64,000 nucleotides of DNA, taken from assembly GCA_963794325.1 (NCBI GenBank), contig CAWCDG010000003.1, forward strand, positions 288,001-352,000, in the 5' to 3' direction. Position numbers and translations under genes: made by a program. The notes below the pieces were generated by a model. It ran no database searches. It saw only the letters and a program-made list of their open reading frames with translations, and was not told the DNA's origin. This document shows, piece by piece, positions 1 to 9,934 of the stretch. Origin of the DNA: an uncultured delta proteobacterium. GTDB taxonomy: Bacteria > Desulfobacterota > Binatia > Binatales > Binataceae. Every line of letters starts with the position of its first letter. Position 1 is the first letter of the stretch.

Positions 1-2
1 AG

Positions 3-362
3 TTCCTGGAATTCCTCGGTGGTATCGCCGCTTCAAGTGCGGATGGAAACCGGATCAGGATTTCGCCCGGCCTGTTCCAGCCGATCGCGGCGGACGACGT
101 TGCTGCCATCGTTGCCGATGTGGCGCTCGCGGCGCCGCGAAACGGTATCGTCGAGATCGCCGGCCCGGAACGAGCACCCTTCAACGAGATCGTCGCCCGC
201 TATCTGAAGGCGGTCGGCGACCCGCGCGCGGTCGTGTGCGACCCCGAGGCCCGATACTTCGGCGGCCGAGTCGAGGAGCGATCGCTGGTGCCGTTGGGCG
301 AAGCGCGCCTCGGCCGCATCGGTTTCGACGAATGGCTCCGCCGCTCACAGGCAAGAGCCTGA
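3..362 (+). CDS. NmrA/SDR-family NAD(P)-binding protein, C-terminal part (5' end outside window)
   Basis: Frame open from base 3: FLEFLGGIA...FQPIAADDVA...EIAGPE...DPEARYFG, typical atypical-SDR C-terminus. Confidence 0.8.
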   Translation, partial: FLEFLGGIAASSADGNRIRISPGLFQPIAADDVAAIVADVALAAPRNGIVEIAGPERAPFNEIVARYLKAVGDPRAVVCDPEARYFGGRVEERSLVPLGEARLGRIGFDEWLRRSQARA

Positions 363-399
363 TCCTACTCAGCTCAGCTGGAAATTCCGGCTTTAACTT

Positions 400-1341
400 T
401 CATCTTCCCTTGGGAATGAACCCAGGGATGCCTGTGTTCACAACCGGATTGAGCCTGACTCGGATACTGATACCTTCACTAATTTCCTTGATGGCGTTAT
501 CGGGAAGCGCCGAGATATCAAAATTTTGCTCGATGTAGCGGATGCTTGTAGCTGTGGTGAGAGGAGCCGTGCCGCGCTGCAGCGCCCAGGCCAGTAGGAC
601 TTGAGCCGGGGTTTTGCTGACGCGCTTCGCAATGACGGTGATCACAGGATTGTCGGTCAACTTGGGTTCAATGCCATGACCCAAAGCAGCGAAGGCCTGC
701 ATCACGATGCCATTCCTCTTGCAATAGTCGAGCAGATCCCATTCAGGGAGATAGGGATGGGATTCGACCTGAACAGTAGCTGGCTTTACGCGAGCGATAT
801 CGAACACCTCTTTCAGCTGTCCCAAACTGACGTTCGACAATCCGATCGCCTTGCACCGACCTTCATCGACCAGGCTCTCCAAAGCCTTCCAGGTATTCGT
901 CAGAGTCGTCGCGTCGTCATAAATTACATTACCGTTCTTGTCTCTCGGGTCTTGCTCGTCGCCGGGTTTGAAAGCGAATGGAGTATGGATGCTGTATAGA
1001 TCGACATAGTCCAGTTGCAGTCTTTTCAGACTTGCCTCGAAGGCGGGTCTAACGCGTTCGGGACGATGATTGTTGTTCCAGAGCTTGGTACCGACAAAAA
1101 CGTCCTTCCGTTTGACCTTGCCCTCCTTGAACACAGCGCGCATCGCTTCGCCCACCTGTTCTTCATTTCGGTACCGCTCAGCGCAATCGAATTGACGAAA
1201 GCCCACCTCCAGCGCGGCCTTAGTTGCGTCTTTCGTTGCGATTGGGTCAGGAATCAGCGTGCCAAAACCGAGCGCTGGAATCTCATCAGAGCCATTATTG
1301 AGCGGTATCTTTTTATAGCGAAGGCTGTCGCTGTCACTCAT
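400..1341 (-). CDS. Aldo/keto reductase
   Basis: IPALGFGT, FDCAERYRNEEQVG, TKLW, LDYVDLYSIH, AIGLSN, QVESHPY motifs; start moved to MSDSD ATG at 1341. Confidence 0.92.
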   Translation of the reverse strand: MSDSDSLRYKKIPLNNGSDEIPALGFGTLIPDPIATKDATKAALEVGFRQFDCAERYRNEEQVGEAMRAVFKEGKVKRKDVFVGTKLWNNNHRPERVRPAFEASLKRLQLDYVDLYSIHTPFAFKPGDEQDPRDKNGNVIYDDATTLTNTWKALESLVDEGRCKAIGLSNVSLGQLKEVFDIARVKPATVQVESHPYLPEWDLLDYCKRNGIVMQAFAALGHGIEPKLTDNPVITVIAKRVSKTPAQVLLAWALQRGTAPLTTATSIRYIEQNFDISALPDNAIKEISEGISIRVRLNPVVNTGIPGFIPKGR

Positions 1342-1553
1342 AAAACCATTACCCCTGTGACAATCGCATTCTGAGTTGAATATAACAAAGCTCTCCGAGC
1401 AATGACCAATCGTTGCCGGCCAACGAGACTCAGCACGCTCCACGCGTCCGCGGTAACCGATTCCGATTAGCTGCATTTGACGCTCGCCACCGGAAGCGCG
1501 ACAATTCTTTAAAAAGGGCTTGGCCGCACCGTCCGCCCGACAGGAGGAACCCG

Positions 1554-2054
1554 ATGAGCATTATCGATAAGGCGCTGGAAGCAAACCGCAACTATGCAAA
1601 AGGTTACGATCCATCGCTGGGGAAGCGTCCGGCTCCCAAAATCGTAGTTGTAACCTGCATGGATCCACGGCTCTCAGACCTCCCTGGAATCCTGGGCTTG
1701 CCGCAGGCCGATATAGACGTTATCCGAACCGGAGGACCCGCGGTAACCGAAGATGTTCTCGGGGAACTTGTGGTTTCCAATCGTGTACTCGGAACCACAG
1801 AGATACTGCTTCTCAATCACACCGGCTGCGGGTTCACGACATTCACTGATGCCGAGCTGAACGCTAAGGTGAGCGCTTCGACCGGAGATGCTTCACCGGC
1901 TCCGATGCGCTTCTTCTCCTATAAGGACCCGGAGCAAAATACCCGAGAGCAGATCAAGAAAGTCAGGTCGCATCCGTGGATTTCCAAAGAGGTCCCCGTG
2001 CGCGGCGTGATTTTCGACGTGGACACGGGCAGACTACGGGAAGTCAAAGCTTGA
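1554..2054 (+). CDS. Beta-class carbonic anhydrase
   Basis: Zn ligands CMDPR and HTGCG; AGGAGG RBS before ATG at 1554. Confidence 0.92.
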   Translation: MSIIDKALEANRNYAKGYDPSLGKRPAPKIVVVTCMDPRLSDLPGILGLPQADIDVIRTGGPAVTEDVLGELVVSNRVLGTTEILLLNHTGCGFTTFTDAELNAKVSASTGDASPAPMRFFSYKDPEQNTREQIKKVRSHPWISKEVPVRGVIFDVDTGRLREVKA

Positions 2055-2132
2055 ACACGAGCGCGGCGGCGATCCACTCAGTGAGTGAGGTAGTGGAAAG
2101 GCGATCGCGTCTGTTTAATTCCCTGTAGTGAC

Positions 2133-2864
2133 ATGGATCCAAAAGGCAAAGTGGCGCTAGTCACCGGTGGGGCCCGCATCGGACAGGTTGTCGCGCACAG
2201 TCTCGCGGAACGCGGGTGTGATCTGGCGCTGATATACCGCGGCTCGCGCGACGCGGCTGATGCTACGGCGGCAGCGGCAAGAGCAGCGGGCGTCAAGGCG
2301 GCTGTGCTCCGGGCAGACGCGACCAATGAGACTGAGATCGTCGCGGCGGTGAGCGAAACGGTGAAGTCGCTGGGGCGTCTGGACATTCTGATCAATATGG
2401 CTTCGATATATCAAAAGACGCCCAATCCGGACGGCGCGGCGTGGTCTGCCAGCCTGGACACAAACGCGAAGAGCGCATTCCTGTTTTCGATTCATGCGGC
2501 GCCGATCATGAAACAAGGCGGCGGTGGGCGAATAATAAACTTCTCGGACTGGCTGCCGGCTACCGGCCGTCCACATTACAAAGGCTACACTCCTTACTAT
2601 GTATCGAAAGCTTCAGTCGTGGCGTTGACGCAGACCCTGGCGCTCGAGTTCGCGCCCGAAATCCTGGTCAATGCGCTGGCGCCCGGGCCGATTCTTGAGC
2701 CTCCGGGGCTGACTCCCGAGGAGAAGCTGGAGGTGATCGAAGCCACACCGCTTCGGCGATGGGGCGGTGCCGGGGAAATCGCCAAAACGATACTCTTCCT
2801 GGTCGACAGCGATTTCGTCACCGGTGAATGTATCCGCGTCGATGGCGGCCGGCATCTTTTTTGA
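2133..2864 (+). CDS. SDR oxidoreductase, pteridine reductase/FolM-like
   Basis: ALVTGGARIG, YYVSK (YxxxK), VNALAPGPI, VTGECIRVDGG. Confidence 0.85.
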   Translation: MDPKGKVALVTGGARIGQVVAHSLAERGCDLALIYRGSRDAADATAAAARAAGVKAAVLRADATNETEIVAAVSETVKSLGRLDILINMASIYQKTPNPDGAAWSASLDTNAKSAFLFSIHAAPIMKQGGGGRIINFSDWLPATGRPHYKGYTPYYVSKASVVALTQTLALEFAPEILVNALAPGPILEPPGLTPEEKLEVIEATPLRRWGGAGEIAKTILFLVDSDFVTGECIRVDGGRHLF

Positions 2865-2939
2865 CGGTCCATCTGCTCGAACGTGTTAGCCCGCAATATT
2901 CGCCGTTGTAAAAATCGAGGCGATCGCTGAGCGAGGCGC

Positions 2940-5231
2940 GTGGCAGGATTCATAGAGCAAGAGTTCGGTATCCAACGGCCACCTGCCTGGTTGGATAGAC
3001 TCGAAGCGCTGGTCGCACGCGAACTTGCTCCCAGCGCCCGGAAGCTTCGCACCGCCTTACGCATCGCCACGATTGTGACAATCGCGATTGGACTGGACGC
3101 GAGTTGTCACGTCAACAGTCAGCTGGGCGCGATAATTGTGTGGCTGCTGGCGGGCGCTGGACCGATGATGTCCATTCGCAAGGCCTTCGCATGGCAAATC
3201 GCGGTGATGCTCGCACTAATCACGGCGGTGGTGATGGCGCGCGCATTCGCGGAGACGCCGTGGTTGATGCTGCCGTTTATCTTCGTATGTATTTCATTTT
3301 CAACTTACCTGGGAACGACGCGCAAGCTTGGCGTGGGCATGCTCGTGATACAGATAGTCTGTCTCATTACATTCTACACCGTCGTGTTTGAACCTCAGGA
3401 AATCGGTTGGAACGCAGCAGCCGCGTTCGACGGTAGCGCGATTGCCTTCGGCCTGATCGTTCTGTTCGACAACTGGTTGTGGCCGGACCCGGGCGAGCCG
3501 ATCCTGATAGGCTTCCTCGGAGCGAGCGTCGCGCGTGCTCGTGCGCAGCTTCTCGAGGCGTCGAGCTTTTTTCTCGCCGGCGAAAGCGTACCTCGACCGC
3601 AATTGCCTGCACCAACCTCCGACCTACCCGCGCATATGGCGCTTCTCGGTCAAACGGTGGCCGAGGGCGCGTCCGAGCATCGCCGAGCGATCCTGCTTGC
3701 TGCGATCACGCGCGCGGCCCGCATGAGTCTTGAAGTGGATCGCCTGGTCACTGGGGCGCGCGAGAACCTGCCTCGAGAAATTCGCACGATGGTCCGGGAC
3801 GAAATTCAAAGGGCGGTAAATGCGATCGCCGCCGCGCTTGACGAGATCTCTCACAACCTGCCGGCGCGCATTGATGCAGGCGCGGACGAGCAGGCTCCCG
3901 CTACGCGGACGAATGTGCGCCTGGCGATGGACAATCTGGCGGCGCGCGTCATTGAGATCAGACCAGCATACATCGGCAAAAGCACTCCGGCGGAAATCGA
4001 AAATTTCGCGGAATTCATCGATTCGCTGGCGGTGCTGGCCAGGCACCTCGAGCGCCCGCTGGATGAACCTCCGGGGCCACCTACCACGGATTTATCGAAC
4101 AGCGCTGTCCCTCGATTGAGCGAACCTGCGGATCCCGCGGTTGTGCGCTATTGCCTGAAAGTTGGCTTGTGCACGGTGGTCGGCTATCTCGTCGGCCTGA
4201 TTACCCAGCGTCCGGACTTATTCATTATCCTGATGACGGTAATAACAACCGCGACGCCGACCTATGGCGCAACCCTGCACAAGATGTATCTCCGGATCGC
4301 CGGAGCTGTAATCGGAGGCGGGGTTTCCCTTCTCGCTATCATTATAGTTTCGCCCAACTTCGACACGCTCCCAGCCTATATGCTTGCGGTCTTCGCGGTC
4401 TTCTATCCGTTTGCATACGCTTCGCTCGGCAATGCGCGGATGTCATACGCGGGCAAACAAATGGGGATCGTTTTTTCGTTGGTGTTCGTGGCGTTGGGCC
4501 CATCAGACAATATCTACGAGCCCTTTTGGCGCATCTGGGGCGTCCTGCTTGGTGATTTTATCGTGGCGATGGTCTTCTTTACCCTGTGGCCGGAATACGC
4601 CGGTGATTCGCTGGTGCCCAGACTGCAAAGAGTCCTTGCCAATCTGCTCGCGCTAGCGCCAGGCGGCTCAGCTTCGAGCAGCGAGGATTCAATCCTGAAG
4701 ACCAACTCGGAAACGATGCGCGTGCTGACCGAGTTCCTCGAGATCGCCGATGACGCCGGGATGGAAGGACGCACCTGCACCGTCTTCCACGATGGGATCG
4801 TCGAAGCGGCCGGGACTCTTCGCCGGATTGCGAACCGGCTGTCCTCGATCACGACCGCTCGGGTTCTCACTCAAATGCCGCAACTCGACCCGGTAACGGA
4901 GTTTGCGCGTGAGCGGGTCTTCAACGCGATTCGTGGGGAGCTCAGGTCGTGGCTGGACTTCTTCAGCGGCCCCGAACGCCTTAGCGCTTCCGCTGCGCGT
5001 GCGATCGCGGAGAAACAAACTGGTGAGTTGGCGGAACCGCTCAACGAGTTCAGTTCACACCTCGAGGAGAACGGGTTTGCCCGCTTGGCATCGTGGCCGC
5101 TCGATCCGCGTCGCACGATGATCGCGGAACTCCAGTCGATGCGACGACTTGAGTTACTATTCTCTGACCTGAATCGGTATCTGGCGGATATTCCCAGCCC
5201 CCAACGACACGCTTCACGCATCGAGGGGTGA
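2940..5231 (+). CDS. FUSC (fusaric acid resistance/aromatic acid exporter) family membrane protein
   Basis: Two hydrophobic TM bundles separated by a helical region; LRIAGAVIGG and RIWGVLLG motifs; directly upstream of an MFP gene. Confidence 0.8.
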   Translation: MAGFIEQEFGIQRPPAWLDRLEALVARELAPSARKLRTALRIATIVTIAIGLDASCHVNSQLGAIIVWLLAGAGPMMSIRKAFAWQIAVMLALITAVVMARAFAETPWLMLPFIFVCISFSTYLGTTRKLGVGMLVIQIVCLITFYTVVFEPQEIGWNAAAAFDGSAIAFGLIVLFDNWLWPDPGEPILIGFLGASVARARAQLLEASSFFLAGESVPRPQLPAPTSDLPAHMALLGQTVAEGASEHRRAILLAAITRAARMSLEVDRLVTGARENLPREIRTMVRDEIQRAVNAIAAALDEISHNLPARIDAGADEQAPATRTNVRLAMDNLAARVIEIRPAYIGKSTPAEIENFAEFIDSLAVLARHLERPLDEPPGPPTTDLSNSAVPRLSEPADPAVVRYCLKVGLCTVVGYLVGLITQRPDLFIILMTVITTATPTYGATLHKMYLRIAGAVIGGGVSLLAIIIVSPNFDTLPAYMLAVFAVFYPFAYASLGNARMSYAGKQMGIVFSLVFVALGPSDNIYEPFWRIWGVLLGDFIVAMVFFTLWPEYAGDSLVPRLQRVLANLLALAPGGSASSSEDSILKTNSETMRVLTEFLEIADDAGMEGRTCTVFHDGIVEAAGTLRRIANRLSSITTARVLTQMPQLDPVTEFARERVFNAIRGELRSWLDFFSGPERLSASAARAIAEKQTGELAEPLNEFSSHLEENGFARLASWPLDPRRTMIAELQSMRRLELLFSDLNRYLADIPSPQRHASRIEG

Positions 5232-5254
5232 TGAGTTAGAAGAGGATCGCGACA

Positions 5255-6763
5255 ATGCCTGATGGAAACTCACCGGAGTCCGCCGGCGAATCCCTCCACG
5301 AACCGGCGTCATCTGCACCGACGCCGGGGGTCGATGCGCCAATCGCGCGAGCCCCAACCGGGAAGCAGCCTCAAAGGCGGCCACTATGGATGTGGATCGC
5401 CGGCGGTGCGCTTGTCCTTCTGGCGCTATACGAGGTCATCCCGTGGGCCATCACTGCCTTCAGAACAGAATCAACAGACGACGCCTACGTTAACGGACAC
5501 GTGACCTTTGTGGCGCCGCGGGTGCCTGGTCAAGTCGTGCGCGTGCTGGTCGACGACAACAATCGGGTGCGGAAGGGCGCCGTGCTCGTGCAGCTCGACA
5601 AGGAGCCGTACCAGGTCAAGGTCGAAATCGCGCAAGCTGCGCTGTCGGTTGCGCAGGCCGGCATCGTCACAGCACAAGCGAAAGTTCGGGGCCTTGAGAG
5701 TCTGGCGCGCAGCCAACGATTCGATCTGGCAAATGCGATGCACAACCTCAACAACCAGGTCGCCGATCTGCACTCCAAAGTAGATGCCCTTCAAGGCGCG
5801 AACGCCACCTTGATCAAGACCCAGGCCGACTTCGGGCGGGAGAAGCAGCTCTACCAACAGCAGGTTATATCAAAATCGGAGTTCGATTCGTTCCAGGAAG
5901 CCTTTTCGGTAGCTCAGGCACAGCAGCAGCAGGCTCAGCATGATGTCGGGGCGGCTCGTGCCGAACTTGGGCTGGCAGCCACATCCAAAAACGGTAATGA
6001 ACTCAGCGGCATCCCGGCGAACCTCGATCAAAGTTATTCAGCGGTCAAGGTTGCCCAGGCGCGACTCATGCAGACTGCGGCGGAGCTAGGGTCCTTTCAT
6101 TCATTCAAGGAGTCTCCCGACGCGATGCTCGCCGAGTTCTACAAGCGCGACCCTTCCGGCAATATCGATGCGATCTTCGATGAGATTTCCAAAAATGCAC
6201 CCGACACCAAACAGGCTGAGGCCAAGTTAAGTGAGGCCCAAGCCAATCTCGATCAAGCCAAGCTGAACCTTTCCTACTGCGATGTCGTGGCCGTCATCGA
6301 CGGTGTCGTGACGCGCCGCAGCGTCAACCCCGGCGATCAGGTTATCGCCGGGCAGGGGCTGATGGCGCTGAGATCTCTCACCGATATTTGGATCGACGCC
6401 AACTTCAAGGAGACGCAACTGGCGAATCTGCGCATCGGGCAACCGGTTCAGATCGACGTCGACATGTACGGCAGTCACCGGCATTTTCAGGGTCGCGTTT
6501 CCGGATTCACGATGGGAACTGGATCGACGCTGGCGCTTTTGCCGGCCGAGAATGCGACCGGAAACTTCGTCAAGGTTGTGCAGCGGCTGCCGGTGCGAAT
6601 CGAGTTGACCAACTACGATCCGAACGTAGCGCCACTGTTCATAGGGCTATCGGTCACTCCGTACGTGTACATCCACGAGACAGTTACCGGTCCGAACGCT
6701 GGCAAGATGCTGCAAGCCTCAGTATCCGCGACTGGTCCCGTTTCCGCGCCCAGCCCGCAATGA
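5255..6763 (+). CDS. HlyD/EmrA-family efflux membrane fusion protein
   Basis: STDDAYV, WIDANFKETQL, LLPAENATGNFVKVVQRLPVRI. Confidence 0.92.
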   Translation: MPDGNSPESAGESLHEPASSAPTPGVDAPIARAPTGKQPQRRPLWMWIAGGALVLLALYEVIPWAITAFRTESTDDAYVNGHVTFVAPRVPGQVVRVLVDDNNRVRKGAVLVQLDKEPYQVKVEIAQAALSVAQAGIVTAQAKVRGLESLARSQRFDLANAMHNLNNQVADLHSKVDALQGANATLIKTQADFGREKQLYQQQVISKSEFDSFQEAFSVAQAQQQQAQHDVGAARAELGLAATSKNGNELSGIPANLDQSYSAVKVAQARLMQTAAELGSFHSFKESPDAMLAEFYKRDPSGNIDAIFDEISKNAPDTKQAEAKLSEAQANLDQAKLNLSYCDVVAVIDGVVTRRSVNPGDQVIAGQGLMALRSLTDIWIDANFKETQLANLRIGQPVQIDVDMYGSHRHFQGRVSGFTMGTGSTLALLPAENATGNFVKVVQRLPVRIELTNYDPNVAPLFIGLSVTPYVYIHETVTGPNAGKMLQASVSATGPVSAPSPQ

Positions 6764-8367
6764 GTGCCGCAGCGCTCCAGGTTCCGCTCGCGAGGCGATC
6801 GGTCAATCCCTGGCTGATAGCGGTTGCGGTGGTAATCCCGACCTTCATGGAGGTTCTGGATACCACAATCGCGAATGTGTCCCTGCGCTACATTGCCGGC
6901 GGTTTGTCGGCCGCCAATGTTGATAGCGAGTGGGTCATCACCACTTACCTCGCATCCAATGCGATCGTTTTGCCGATTTCCGGATGGCTCGCGCTGCGGC
7001 TGGGCAGGCGAAACTATTTCCTGCTCTCGATCGCGATCTTTACGATGGCGTCGGCTTTGTGCGGAATGGCGGGAAGCCTTGGTTTTATAATCGCAGCTCG
7101 AGCGCTTCAGGGTGTGGCCGGCGGTGGTCTCCAACCCTCGAGCCAGGCCGTGCTGCTGGATGCGTTCCCGCAAGAGAAACAAGGCCAGGCCATGACGATC
7201 TTCGGGATGGCGGCACTTCTCGCGCCGGTTGTCGGGCCAACGCTCGGCGGCTTTATCACCGACAACTACGGCTGGCGCTGGATCTTCTATCTGAACGTGC
7301 CGGTCGGCCTGTTGGCCTATTTCATGTGCCACGCGCTGGTCGAGGATCCGGAATATTTCAAAGCTGAAAGGGCCAGGAATCGGAATCGACGCGAGCCCTT
7401 CGACGTGCTCGGCCTCTGTCTGCTAACCGTGACCATGGTTTGCTGGGAGGTCATGCTCAGCAAGGGTCAGGAGTGGGACTGGCTCGGCGATCCCTTCTAT
7501 CGCGTGCAAGCCCTGTTGATCCTGTTCGCGCTCGGCCTGGGCGGCTTGATCTATCGCGAATTGCATCTGCGCAATCCACTAGTCGCGCTGCGGACGATGG
7601 CCGACCGAAACTTCGGCACCTGCTGCGTCATAATTTTCTGCGCCTACGCAGTGCTCTACGCCAACACCATTTCGCTTCCCGCCTTGCTGCAGTCCCTTTT
7701 TGGCTACGACGCCACAACCTCGGGGTTGGTTCTATCGCCATCAGGAATCTTCGCGATCATCATGCTGGTCGTTGTCGGCGCACTTCTATCGCGCGGATTC
7801 GATGCCCGCTATCTAATGGCCGGCGGTCTAATCACGATGGCCGTCGGAAACTACTGGATGGCTCACCTCAACCTTGAAATTAGTCCGTGGCAGGTGGTGT
7901 GGCCGAGGGTAGTGGTGATCGCGGGGTTGTCGATGCTGTTCGCGCCACTTAACGTGGCAGCGTTTATCTATCTACCGAAGGAGATCCGCGGCGCTGCCGT
8001 CGGATTGCTGGCTCTGCTGCGCAACGAAGGTGGCAGCGTGGGAACTTCGGTCGCCCAAATCATTCAACAACGGCGCGAACAGTTTCATACCCTGCGGCTG
8101 AATGAAAGCCTCGATCCCCTGAACCCTCCGGTCAAAGCTCTGTTGACGCGGGGCCAGGCGTTTTTCCTGCAGCACAACGGCGACGCTGTATTGTCACATC
8201 AAATGGCGTTGGGCGTTCTCGGCCAGTCGCGAGCGCAACAGGCGTCGTCAATGGCTTACTTTGACGTATTCTCATTTTCAGCTGCAGTCGGCTTGATGTT
8301 GGTATTTTTTATCCCGCTCATGCGCCGCTCGGTAGCGGAGAAGGGCGCCCATATCGGTGCGGAATAA
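6760..8367 (+). CDS. DHA2/EmrB-family MFS efflux permease
   Basis: FMEVLDTTIANV, APVVGPTLGGFITDNYGWRWIFYLNVPVG; ATGA overlap with the upstream stop. Confidence 0.92.
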   Translation: MSAAALQVPLARRSVNPWLIAVAVVIPTFMEVLDTTIANVSLRYIAGGLSAANVDSEWVITTYLASNAIVLPISGWLALRLGRRNYFLLSIAIFTMASALCGMAGSLGFIIAARALQGVAGGGLQPSSQAVLLDAFPQEKQGQAMTIFGMAALLAPVVGPTLGGFITDNYGWRWIFYLNVPVGLLAYFMCHALVEDPEYFKAERARNRNRREPFDVLGLCLLTVTMVCWEVMLSKGQEWDWLGDPFYRVQALLILFALGLGGLIYRELHLRNPLVALRTMADRNFGTCCVIIFCAYAVLYANTISLPALLQSLFGYDATTSGLVLSPSGIFAIIMLVVVGALLSRGFDARYLMAGGLITMAVGNYWMAHLNLEISPWQVVWPRVVVIAGLSMLFAPLNVAAFIYLPKEIRGAAVGLLALLRNEGGSVGTSVAQIIQQRREQFHTLRLNESLDPLNPPVKALLTRGQAFFLQHNGDAVLSHQMALGVLGQSRAQQASSMAYFDVFSFSAAVGLMLVFFIPLMRRSVAEKGAHIGAE

Positions 8368-8404
8368 GACGGACAGCTTCAGGCGCCGCAACCTCGGCAG
8401 ATGA

Positions 8405-8866
8405 ATGACGCAAGTTCATCAAGTCGCGATCCTGATTCCGCTGGCAGTAGCCGCGAGCGCGGTCGCATGCACGATCATTATCCGGGCGCTGGCGGTGATG
8501 ACGACAGTAACCTTCGTTCGCCGTGAGAGACGGCTGGGCCGCGTAGGCGCAGGCTTCCTAATCGACCTTTCAATCGTTGCGCTGGTAATGTCGGTCGCGT
8601 TGGTGGCCCACCTGATTGATATCGCCATCTGGGCGGTCCTGTTCCTGGTCTGTGGAGAATTCTCCAATTTCGGAACCGCGTACTACCATTCAGCGGTCAA
8701 CTACACGACGTTGGGATACGGTGATGTGAGTATGACACCCGCATGGAGAATGTTGGGACCGCTCGAAGCTGCGAACGGGATGCTCATGTTCGGAGTTTCG
8801 ACCGCGATCATTTTCGCCGTCATGCAACGGTTGATTCAGGCCAGGTTTGCAGATCTCAGGGACTGA
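8405..8866 (+). CDS. Small potassium-channel-family (ion_trans_2-like) protein
   Basis: Pore motif AYYHSAVNYTTLGYGD flanked by TM helices. Confidence 0.8.
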   Translation: MTQVHQVAILIPLAVAASAVACTIIIRALAVMTTVTFVRRERRLGRVGAGFLIDLSIVALVMSVALVAHLIDIAIWAVLFLVCGEFSNFGTAYYHSAVNYTTLGYGDVSMTPAWRMLGPLEAANGMLMFGVSTAIIFAVMQRLIQARFADLRD

Positions 8867-8993
8867 GCGCCGACAACAAAGGGTCTTTGGGGGAACGCTA
8901 CCACTCTGCGTTTCTTACAGGTGGCCACGCGCGCGCGAGCCTCGGGCATCATTGTGCCCACTTTTGCGCCCTGACTCGGTGCCCGTCTATACA

Positions 8994-9024
8994 GTCGTCG
9001 GTTCGAAACCGATCACCCGCTCCA
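8994..9024 (+). mobile_element. Displaced tRNA 3' fragment (Gly-type), candidate attR of an integrated island
   Basis: GTCGG-TTCGAAA-CCGAT T-arm, then CACCCGC-T-CCA; no D or anticodon arm upstream. Confidence 0.7.
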
Positions 9025-9077
9025 TGTAAAATCTCGAGAGATTCAGACCCGGGGTTTGCGGGCCACGCTGAAGATCA

Positions 9078-9108
9078 GGCGAGAGGCGTGGGACTCAACC
9101 TCTCGCCA
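9078..9108. terminator. Hairpin between convergent genes
   Basis: GGCGAGAGG...CCTCTCGCC inverted repeat. Confidence 0.45.
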
Positions 9109-9118
9109 CTAGAGATGA

Positions 9119-9649
9119 TCAGACCGCCCCGGTACAGGTAATACACACCTGACAGGTTGGATTGGAAGTTGGAGCGGAACACGCTGACGGGCTGCTCTGG
9201 CCGCTCAGGTCAGTGCAGGTATCGTTGTTGTGGCATGGGCTCTTATTCGTCCCGACGGTGCAGCTCGGCACAATTTTAATCTCGCCTGAGCTATTATTTA
9301 CGCAGGCGAACGTATCGCTATGGCCAACCGCGCTCGCTAGGGTTTGCCCGATGGTTTGCCAGCCGGTCGGTGCGAAATACCTATTCGTTCCAAAAAACGT
9401 ATTCACTTCGACGGTAACCGGCAACAAGACCGCACCCAGATTACAGCTACAAGAGTAACCTCCGGTGATAATTACACCCCCGGGACCGTCAGGATCGGTG
9501 CAGCTAACGTCAATATTAAAAGACCCGTTGGCAGAAACAGGAGTGTTCGGTGAACAGAACGCTATTGTTGATTGCGCGAGCGCGGTCGATGCTCCGATTG
9601 CCATTAGGGCAAGCGCCAAAAAGCTCGTCATTAATTTTCTCATATCCAT
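9119..9649 (-). CDS. Secreted Cys-rich hypothetical protein
   Basis: Signal peptide ending ALA-Q, 12 Cys, GGAGGAGAG RBS upstream. Confidence 0.75.
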   Translation of the reverse strand: MDMRKLMTSFLALALMAIGASTALAQSTIAFCSPNTPVSANGSFNIDVSCTDPDGPGGVIITGGYSCSCNLGAVLLPVTVEVNTFFGTNRYFAPTGWQTIGQTLASAVGHSDTFACVNNSSGEIKIVPSCTVGTNKSPCHNNDTCTDLSGQSSPSACSAPTSNPTCQVCITCTGAV

Positions 9650-9934
9650 TCTCTCCTCCCGGGCCGCTGCTGAATTCCCGGACGATGCGGATTGTGTGGA
9701 TGTTGCCAGTCAGGCGTTCGCTTCACCGAGTCTCTTACGTTCCGAGTGAAAGCCACGTGCCAGGCGCTGCGTTAGAGCCTTGTCGGGGGGGAGGCCAACG
9801 CTGTCTGCTTCTAACAACTGGGCGCAGTTAGGGCTACCGGCAATAGGTTACAAAACGATGAACTGCTCCCGAACGCTCTCGCTCGCTCGAGATTTGCGAC
9901 CGACGCGGCGAAATGGCGACGCTCGTCGTTGGAA

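Noticed and set aside
9747-9763. Sigma54 promoter on the minus strand (TGGCAC-N5-TTTCA; similar TGGCAT-N5-TTACA near 55955-55971)
   Set aside because: The conserved G of the -12 element is missing in both; too weak to call
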